The notes beneath the pieces are model-generated. The model did not search any database, was not told the DNA's origin, and was given only the letters and a program-made list of their open reading frames with translations. From a virus (Duplodnaviria; Caudoviricetes), in the IMG/VR virus record IMGVR_UViG_3300007541_000084, positions 1-34,490 of that record: a stretch of 34,490 bases of DNA. One strand, 5' to 3'. Within the stretch, counting starts at the first letter, position 1, and each line of letters opens with the position of its first letter. This document shows positions 9,431-18,500 of this stretch, one piece after another. The translations under genes were made by a program, and so were the position numbers.

Positions 9431-9809
9431 GCGGCTCGACCCTCTGGAGCTGCACCGGTTTTACCGGGGGAGGGTCGAGTTCCATGTCCCGGTGTGGGGC
9501 TACGCCGCCAAGCGCGGCATCCTTACGACAAGCATCGGTGGGATCTGGCAGGGCTCCGATGGCCGGGTCTGGGGCTTCATTGATTTCAAGCCGGGGCACC
9601 GGAGCGTGATCCTCTACCGCTACATGCGGAAGCTCCTCGCGGAAGCCGGGGAGATGGGCGTGCCGGAGATCTACACGGTGCGCGACCACAACCATCCGAC
9701 CTCCGAGCGGCTCCTGTCGCGGAGCGGACTTGTCAAGACGGACGAACAAATCGACAGCCACGAAGTGTGGGTCTGGCGAAATCCTAGAATGGTGAATGAC
9801 AATGGCTGA
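9417..9809 (+). CDS. GNAT-fold-like protein (T7 gp13-like position)
   Basis: Follows the nozzle gene. GGI..W and SERLLSRSGL resemble the degenerate GNAT C-terminus seen at this locus. Confidence 0.6.
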   Translation: MIEVKRLDPLELHRFYRGRVEFHVPVWGYAAKRGILTTSIGGIWQGSDGRVWGFIDFKPGHRSVILYRYMRKLLAEAGEMGVPEIYTVRDHNHPTSERLLSRSGLVKTDEQIDSHEVWVWRNPRMVNDNG

Positions 9810-10419
9810 TCCTGTAACAATCGCAGCTCTGACGGCGACCGCAGCGAAGATCGGTTCGTTCGTTGCGGCGAATGCGGCCACAATCTCCGCTGTCTCTGCG
9901 GCGGCTGGCGGCGGTCTCGCCGCAGCGGGCACGATTGCGGCTGGTAATGCCGCCGCTGACGCCGCCCGTCAGGAGCAGAAGCAGCTCAATCAGATGGCCG
10001 CTGAAGAGCGCGCCGTGGCCTCCCGGCAGAAGGCCGCCGTCGATCTCCGCACACGACAGGTTCTCTCGCGGGCGCAGGCGGTCGCCGCCGCCAGCGGCGC
10101 AGGCGCTACCGATCCCACCGTCATGCAGATTATGAGCGGCATCACGACCGAGGGCGAGGTGCAGAAGGCCGAGGCCATGCGACAGGGTAACGAGAGCGCG
10201 AAGGGCCTTGAGTACAAGGGCCGCGTTGGCGTTGCAGCCGCAAAGACCAACCAGCGCCTCGGGTATCTCACGGCGGGCGGACAGGTGCTTTCGGGCGTCG
10301 GCGATGCCTTCTCCAAGTACGGCGCGGGCCTCGACAAGAAGCCCGCTGGCGGGGGCATACCCACCGCTGACTATAACTGGTGGCAGACGCCCAACGAAAA
10401 CTACGGCTACCGGATCTGA
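9802..10419 (+). CDS. Internal virion/ejection protein (gp14-like)
   Basis: MADP start, Ala/Gly-rich hydrophobic N-terminus, coiled segment and A..AASG motif. The start could be 9796 or 9802. Confidence 0.78.
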   Translation: MADPVTIAALTATAAKIGSFVAANAATISAVSAAAGGGLAAAGTIAAGNAAADAARQEQKQLNQMAAEERAVASRQKAAVDLRTRQVLSRAQAVAAASGAGATDPTVMQIMSGITTEGEVQKAEAMRQGNESAKGLEYKGRVGVAAAKTNQRLGYLTAGGQVLSGVGDAFSKYGAGLDKKPAGGGIPTADYNWWQTPNENYGYRI

Positions 10420-10432
10420 CGGATAGGACAAC

Positions 10433-12565
10433 ATGGCGAAGCTTCCAGACGCTGGCGATCTCGGCAACCCGAACTTCCGCCCAGCGCGGTCGTTTTCCAA
10501 CGTGCCCGTGGCCGACTACCAAAGTGCCTTCGGCGCGCTTGGTCGTGGCCTGTCCGATGTGGGTGAGGGCGCGCAGCGCTACGCCATCGAGGTCGATAAG
10601 CGGCTCAAAGACGAGGAAGCCTTCGGCGTCAATCTCCGGCTGGCCGACGCTCAGGTTCAGTTCTCCAGCACGGTATCCGGGCTCGACCCCTCCGACCCGG
10701 AGTTCGCCCAGAAGCGCATGAAGGCGTGGAGCGACACCTTCAAGCCGATCATGGACGGCATCCAGCACGGCGAGAACAAGCGCCGCTTCGGTGAATGGGC
10801 CTATGAAAACGGGGCCAAGATCCAGATCGACAGCGACCGGCTGGCGCTCGAAGCAAACACCGGCAAGACCAAGCTCCAGCTCTCCCAGTACATCGAACAG
10901 CAGAAGAAGCTCGTGGCCGACCGGGTGATCACGCCCGAACAGGCCAGCGCCAACGTCAAGGCGCAGATCGCTCAGGCCCCCAATCTCTTCGAACTCGACA
11001 AGCAGGAACTGCTTCTCAAGGACGCGACCAAGTTCGACGCGGACATCGTCGAGATGACGGCGCTCAACGACGCGGGCGAGTTCTCCGGTGGTGCCATCAT
11101 GCAGGCGCTGGTGCAGGCCGAAAGCTCTGGTGACCCAGACGCGGTATCACCAAAGGGTGCGATTGGGCTTGCACAGGTGATGCCCGAGACGGCGCAGGAG
11201 ATCGCCGAAGAACTCGGCGACAAGACGTTCCTTCAGCTCGATGCAACGCAGCGCAGCGCCTATCTTCGCCGGAAGGACGTGAGCCTCCGATACGGCGCGC
11301 ACTATCTCAACAAGATGCTGAAGCGCTACGGCGGTGATCTCGAAGCTGCGCTCATCGCCTACAACGCCGGGCCCGGCAATGCTGACAAGTGGGTTGAGGC
11401 GGGCCGTAACTACGAGGCATTGCCCAAGCCCGAGGAGACCAAGCCCTACGTCGAGAAGATCTTCGGATTGCTCGGCAGCGATGGCTCCGCACCGCCCACG
11501 GTTGGCAGGCGGGGTAAGCCCGAGGCGGCGATGATCTCCTCGCTTGAGGCCAACCCCGTCTTCCAGTCTCTCCCGGTCGATCAGCAGAACACCGTGCGGG
11601 AGAACGTCCGCAGGCAATACCGCCAGCAGCTTGAAGAGCAGGAGCGCCTCGACATCGTGGCCGGGACGCGGAGCGTCGTCGATTACGCCGTCGAGAACTA
11701 CTCAGATCCCGAGGTGGCGCGCGAGTACCTCCGTGAAAAGATCCAAGATCCGCTTGCATTGGAGGATGGCTTCGCGCTCCTCGACAAGGAGATCGCAGGC
11801 CGCAAGCAGCGCGAAGAAGATCGCAAGACGGAGATGTTCAAGTCTTCCGCCAACAAGGTGATCGAGCTGCGTGATGCTGGTAAGACCAACGAGGCGCTCG
11901 CCGCGATCCCAAGGGATCTTGACGCCGAGGATCGCGAGAAGCTCAGGAAGCTTGCGCTCGATGGCCCGGCGACGACCGATAACGCCAAGGTCGAGGGCGA
12001 CCTCTGGGCGATCTCTTACCGCGACCCCGAAGCCTTCAAGGCCGTGGACCTTACGAAGTACCGGGGCGACCTCACACAGGAGACGCTGGAAAAGTTCGCA
12101 AAGGTTCAGGAAGATCTGAAGAAGCCCGGCGAGACGACGTCGATCAGGACGGTCGGCAGCATGCTCGACAATTACTACGAAGAGCTGGGCATCAAGAGCA
12201 GCAAGGACGAGAACGACATCCGGGCGCGAAACGCAATCGAGCGCCAAGTGGGCAACCAGATCCTCACGCTGGAAAAGCAGCTCGGGCGCAAGGCCGAGAT
12301 GAACGAAATCCAAGAGGTCTTGGATACGACCTTTATGACGTTCTCCACGCCGGGGGATTGGTGGGGCTCTAACCAGAACAGCCTCAAGGATGTCCTCGGT
12401 ACGATGCAGGAGACGGCGGACGAATACGCGATGCCGCTCGACAGTCTCTACGACACGGCCATCACCGACCTCACGAACAACGGCTATGACCCGACGCCGG
12501 AGAACATCAACCGGTGGCTGGGCGACTACAAGAAGTGGCGGCAGCAGAAGGTTACTCCGCAATGA
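10433..12565 (+). CDS. Internal virion/ejection protein with lytic transglycosylase (SLT) domain
   Basis: SLT motifs ESSG..DAVSPKGAIGLAQVMPETA, AYNAGPG and ETKPYV at about 11090-11470, flanked by helical regions. Confidence 0.88.
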   Translation: MAKLPDAGDLGNPNFRPARSFSNVPVADYQSAFGALGRGLSDVGEGAQRYAIEVDKRLKDEEAFGVNLRLADAQVQFSSTVSGLDPSDPEFAQKRMKAWSDTFKPIMDGIQHGENKRRFGEWAYENGAKIQIDSDRLALEANTGKTKLQLSQYIEQQKKLVADRVITPEQASANVKAQIAQAPNLFELDKQELLLKDATKFDADIVEMTALNDAGEFSGGAIMQALVQAESSGDPDAVSPKGAIGLAQVMPETAQEIAEELGDKTFLQLDATQRSAYLRRKDVSLRYGAHYLNKMLKRYGGDLEAALIAYNAGPGNADKWVEAGRNYEALPKPEETKPYVEKIFGLLGSDGSAPPTVGRRGKPEAAMISSLEANPVFQSLPVDQQNTVRENVRRQYRQQLEEQERLDIVAGTRSVVDYAVENYSDPEVAREYLREKIQDPLALEDGFALLDKEIAGRKQREEDRKTEMFKSSANKVIELRDAGKTNEALAAIPRDLDAEDREKLRKLALDGPATTDNAKVEGDLWAISYRDPEAFKAVDLTKYRGDLTQETLEKFAKVQEDLKKPGETTSIRTVGSMLDNYYEELGIKSSKDENDIRARNAIERQVGNQILTLEKQLGRKAEMNEIQEVLDTTFMTFSTPGDWWGSNQNSLKDVLGTMQETADEYAMPLDSLYDTAITDLTNNGYDPTPENINRWLGDYKKWRQQKVTPQ

Positions 12566-15500
12566 ATGATTTCAGCATCGCGTCGTCTTGGGGCAAGCCC
12601 GAGGAAGAGACCGATACCTTCAGCATCGGTAACTCTTGGCGCGAGGAAGAAGACCGCCAGAAGAAGATCCAGCAGAAGATCGTCGAGCGACAGGTCTGGG
12701 ATCGCGACCCGAAGCGCGCTGCCGAGGCTCTGTCTCTGGCCAACGAACGCGGCATCCCGCCCTCGGTCATGTACCGCAAGCTCGACGAGTTCAAGCGCCC
12801 CCCGCAGATCGACTACGACAAGATGCGGCGTGAGGCTCCGGGCCTCGCCGGGCTGATGTCCAGCACATCCTATCTTCCGATCCTGCAAGCCGACGCCGAC
12901 AACCTGTCGTGGGTGGAGCGGAACTGGGGCGAGTTCAACAAGCGCGTCGACAGCGCCTTCGAGAGTTCGGAGCTGGGCCGCCTTGGTTACAAGTGGGCGC
13001 AGGGCACGGCGACAGAAGAAGAGAAGCAACGCGTTCGCGAGCTTCAGCGCCTTCAAGCATCCCGGCCTGATTACGACGTCGCATGGTATGACCCCGGCTA
13101 TCTGCTCGGCATCGTCGGGCAGGCCGCTGTCTCAACCGGCGGCACGGCCATCCGGGCGCTCGACGAAGCAGCGCTCGGCGCTGGCACCGGCCTTGTGACA
13201 GGTGCCACTATCGGTGGCGCTGGTGGCACGGTTGTCGCGCCGGGTTTCGGTACAGGCGTCGGTGTGGTGGGCGGCGGTATCGTCGGCGCTCTCTCCGGCG
13301 CTTCGACCGGCCTGAGCGTCGGCATCATCAAGGAGACCTACGAAGAGCAATACGGACTGACCTTCCTCAACATGGTCACGGCGCTGGATGAGAACGGCGA
13401 CCCCATTGACGAGGACACCGCCCGCTTCGTGGCGACCGGTGTGGGTGCCGCGAACGCGGTGTTGGAGCGGGTGAGCTTCGGCGTCCTGACCAAGAGCTTC
13501 CCCGGTGTCCGTGATTTCCTGAGCAAGGGCACCAGCAAGATCCTCCTCGAAAACCCAGCCGTGCGTTCCAAGCTGAAGCGCATCGGCCAGATCGTCGAGG
13601 CCGGTGCGGCGGAAGGCTCGACCGAACTGGCGCAGAGCGTCATCGAGCTAGAGAGCATGCTGGCGGCGGGGGCCGTTCTCGATGAGCAGGGGAACCCGCT
13701 CAAGGAGCAGCGGGCCCAGTATCCGACGGCGTTCATCGAAGGTGCCATTGGCGGCAGCGGCTTGGCCCTCGGCGGGCAGGCGGTGCAGGCCACCGTCCAG
13801 AGCGTCACGGAGCGCCGCCGGGCAAAGGCCGAAGCCCGGCAGCAGACGCTGATCGAGCTGGGCGACAAGATCCGGGGCAGCAAGGTCACGACCCTGTCGC
13901 CTGAAGCCTTGGCCGAGCATGCCAAGGTCATGGACGAGAACACCCCCTCCCAGATGACCGCTCCGGTCGAGGCCGTGGTCAAGCTGTTTCAGGAGGAGGG
14001 CTTCACCCCGGAACAGATCGAGCAGCGTTTTCCCGGCATCACGGTATCCCTGAACGAGGCTCAGTCCGGTAACGCGGAGGTGAAGCTCTCGGCTGCTGAC
14101 GTCGTGAAGATGGCGCAGCTCAAGGGCTACAACGAGTTCACGGGCGATGTCCGCATCGGGAACACGCCCACGGCCAACGAGGCCAAGGCCGGTGAGGCCG
14201 AGTTCCAGCAGATGATCGATACCGTTCCGGTGGACGATCAGCGGCAGGCCGTCGAGGCATCGATCCAGAACGAGATCACCCAGCAGCTCGTGGCCGCCGG
14301 TCAGGAGAACCGCGCCGCCCAGACACAGGCCAAGCTCTTCACCTCGACGCTCTCGAACCTCGCCCAGCGCGCCGGGCTTGACGTCAATGAACTCTACCGG
14401 CGCTACAATCTGTCCATCGGGGGTGAGCAGGAGGGGCAGGCGGTTGGTGGGGTCAAGCTGGAGCAGGACACGCCGGAGTTCCGCAACTGGTTCCTCGACA
14501 GCAAGGTGGTGGACGAGACTGGCGCGCCACAGGTCATGTACCGGGGCTCTTTGGATGACATTGGTGAGACAGCCTCTCGCGACGGCGTCATCTATTTCAG
14601 CAAAGATCCAAACGTCGCCGCAGGCGGCGAGCGCGGGTTTATCACTGACGAGGTGGCACAAGCTGCCGGGATCAATCCGGCTGACATCGAGCAGCCCTCC
14701 GGTCTCCGTGTGGTTCCTGCCTACCTCTCGATCCAGAACCCGGCAACTCTCGCCGACGTGCAACGCCTCGCGCCCAATGCAAAGACCGTTCGGGAGGCTA
14801 TGCCTGCTTTGAAGGCGGCGGGCTTCGATGGCTACATCTCGGATTATGAAACCGCCGTCTTTGATCCACGACAGATAAAGTCCGTCAACAATCGCGGCAC
14901 GTTCGATCCGAACAATCCCAACATCCTGATGCAGTCTGGTGTTCCGCTGTTCGAGAACCCGCTGCCGATTGAAGGCAAGGCCACCATCAACAAGGTCGGC
15001 CAAGCACTGACTGACCGGCACCAAGACATCTATGGCCGGAAGCTCGATCCCTCGACGAGCGCAGAGGACTACAACCAAGTCCGCGACGACATGATCGAGG
15101 AGATCAACTTCCAGCTCCAGCAGCGGAACAGTGGCGTCGGCTGGTACAGCGCGGATGTCGAGCTGGCGATCCGTCTTCTCTCCGTGGTGTTCCCGTCGCT
15201 TCGCGACAACGTCGCCCACCGCCAACTCCTCCTCATGTACGCCGCCGTCTTCTCCAGTGGCAACGACCCGGACAAGGCGCTTCAGATCTCGACCGAGGCG
15301 TTCGAGACGTTCCTGAAGACTGGCGAGACGCCAGTCGTCCGCGCCGATGCTGCGCGGGCCCGTGGCGTTGACCCGCAGATGACGACCTTCAAGGACAAGT
15401 CCGGTAAGGAGGTCACCAAGGAAGCGGGCTGGACGCAGCGGAGCGAGACCAACGAACAGCAGCTCGCCTTCATCAGGTACATCATCGAGCGCGAGGGTAG

Positions 15501-18500
15501 CCTCGAAGCCGGAATGAACTGGCTCCTGAACGAGCAGCCGCGCGAAGAAATCAACCGCGCGATGACCGAGAGCGGGCTCTACCAAGGCGGTCGCTTCAAG
15601 ACCCGCGCCGAAATTGCGGGCCCACCGGAGAGAGGCGTCCTCGCCTTTGGCCCCAAGCTGGGCCGCTACGCCATGGGCCTTCAGGGTGTGGAGATCGACG
15701 AGGGCGACGTCACCATCGACCTTTGGTACATCCGCACCTACCGGCGCTTGATCGGCGGCCTTCTCGACGGGCCGCTTGATCCCAAGACCAGTATCGTAGG
15801 CCAGCCTAATGATACCGACCGTGAGGTGATCAGACGGCTGACGGGTGACCTCGTTGCCCACTTTGCGGATCGGGGCTATACTGTCGGCGACGTTCAGGCT
15901 GTTCTCTGGTTCTATGAGAAGCGCCTCTGGGCGGCTCACGGTTTGCGCCTCGATGAAGGCACCAACTCTACAGGTGCGAAGCGCTTCCTTGAAGAAAGAG
16001 GATACTATGTCGGATCAAAAATCGGAGAAGCCTATGACCGTGAAGGAGGCACAGCAGCGGCTGGCGTCCTTGGCGGCCAAGAACCCGAACGGCTTATCGG
16101 ACGGCAAAGATCCGCCCGTCGTTTCGTATCCCGGCGGCTTGGTTGGAGCGGTGATGAAGGAGTACGGCTTTACGGAAGAAGAGGCAATTCGAATGATCGA
16201 AAAGTTCGGGGGATAGTCAATTACTACGTCCCGAACACGGCGCTCGTCGACGATCTTACCTATTCCGGCTACGCCGTCATCCCCGAGATCGAAGAGCTTG
16301 ACCCGAAGCGCACACCTGATTTCAGAAAAGCGATCAGTGACGCAAGGGCGGCATCTGAGTTTGGCGCTGCGGTTCACGTCTACAAGGAAGAAGAATACCG
16401 CAACATGCGGCTCTTCCTCACGCCCGACAAGAAAGCTGGTTTTGCGGTCAAGCCCGATGGCGACATCGTCAGCGTGTTTTCAGATGGCGGCGGCAAGACG
16501 GCTGCATTGTTATCTCTTGCCGTTGAGATGGGCGGCACCAAGCTCGACGCCTTCAATACGGTCCTGCCCAAGATATACGCGATCAGCGGCTTCAAGGAAG
16601 TGGGCCGTGATGCGTGGAACGAAGAATACAAAGATCCTGATTGGGATTACGAGACGTTCAAGGCATTCAACGATGGCCGCCCCGATATCGTCTATATGGT
16701 CTACGATGCGGCCTATGATCCCTATGCTGAAGAGGTAACCAATGTCCGAGACGATCAAACCCGCACCCTCTTCCAAGGCGTGGAACCCGAACGCGCCGGA
16801 GACGGAAGAGGACGGTATTCGGCAGGAAGCCTTGCGCCGCTTGAAGGTGCGCCAACTGTCGCAGGGGCTTCTGGCCCCGACCTCAACCTCGTCGCCGTTG
16901 CAGAGCAATACGCCCGCGACAACGGCATCAACCTCAAGCGCCAAGGCTCCTATGTCGAAGTAGACGAGGACCGCGCCCGGCGGATCGCCGCAGCCTATGA
17001 GGCGATGGAGCATGCGCCGCAAGATCCGGTGGTCAAGGAAGCTTACGCCAACCTGATCGTGCAGACAAAGGCGCAGTACGATGCGCTCGTTGCCGCAGGC
17101 TACAGCTTCACGTTCTACGATGACGCCACAGATCCGTACGACGGCAACCCGTGGAACGCAATGCGCGATCTGCGCCAGAACAAGCGCATGGCCGTCTACG
17201 GCACCTACGCCGGTTTCGGCACGGAAGGCGTCACTGGCGCGGAGATCAACGACAACCCCATGCTCGTGGACACCGGCCTTCGCTGGCAGGATCAGACGGG
17301 GGCCGAGCGCGTCGTCACGGCAAACGATCTCTTCCGCGCGGTGCATGATGCCTTTGGTCACGGTCTCGAAGGCGCAGGCTTCCGGGCCCGAGGCGAAGAG
17401 AATGCGTGGCAGGCCCACATCCGGCTCTACACCGGGTCTGCCGTTGCAGCGGTGTCAACCGGCACACGCGGCCAGAATAGCTGGCTGAATTACGGCCCCT
17501 ACGGTGAGAGCAACAAGACGGCCAAGGTGGAGGATACGGTCTTTGCCCGGCAAAAGATTGGGCTACTACCCTCATGGGTATGGGAAGAAGGACGAGCTGC
17601 TGACGAGGCCCCGGAGACGGGGCCTCAGTCGTTAGAGAGGCTCTATCAGAACGCCGTCGATGCCATCGCCAATGCCGACCTGATCACGAACACGCCGGAG
17701 TTCCGGCGGTGGTTCGGCAAGAGCGTGGTCGTGGACGACAACGGCAAGCCGCTGATCGTCTACCACGGCAGCGAGAAGGCGGGCTTCACTGTCTTCGAGA
17801 CCGATGGTGGAAGCGCCAAGACCAAAGGCACCGGGGCGTTCTTCTCGAACAAGCTCTCCAACGCGATGACCTATTCGGGCAAGCACACCATCGTGAACTT
17901 CCCCACGAAGGAAGACGCGCTCGCCAACCCCGGTCGTTACGGCTTCACGGTCGAGGAAGGTGACGACGGCAAGCCCTACATCATCGACGCCGACGGCTAT
18001 CAGACCGAGCTTAACGATGGTGAGACCGTTGATCAGGCGATGGTGCGTGCGGTTGACGATTGGCTCAATAGCGAACGGCTCGCAGGGCCGGAGCAGGCCA
18101 ACGTGCCGGTGTTCCTCCGCATGGAGAAGCCGCTCATCATCGATGCCAATGGCGCGAACTGGAGCAGCATCGGCGCGACGCCTGTCTTCGAGATCCTCGA
18201 TGCCGAAGGCAACGTGATCGGCTCCGCACCGGAAGAGGATCTGTGGGAATACGGCGAGGGTGCCACGCTTGGCAATCAGGATGGTTTCCTTGAAGACGGT
18301 CAAACCACCGATCAGATCGTCCGCGAGGCCCGGCAGTCTGGCGAGTATGACGGCGTCATCATCAGGAACGTCGTCGATGAAGGGCAGTACGGATGGTATG
18401 GCGATCCGTCCGACGTTTACGTCGTCTTCTACAAGAACCAGATCAAGTCGGTTCAGAACCAAGGCACGTTCAGCAACGACGATCCGAATATCCTGAAGCA

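Noticed and set aside
13180-13325. Gly-rich stretch as a tandem repeat or collagen-like region
   Set aside because: It is not periodic, and fits the glycine-rich membrane-inserting segment typical of ejection proteins.
14378-14812. Further +1-frame ORFs in the giant gene (14378, 17081, 17960, 18260 and others) as nested genes
   Set aside because: They have Ser/Arg/Thr-rich shadow composition, overlap conserved domain cores and lack a clear RBS, unlike 16007 and 16742.
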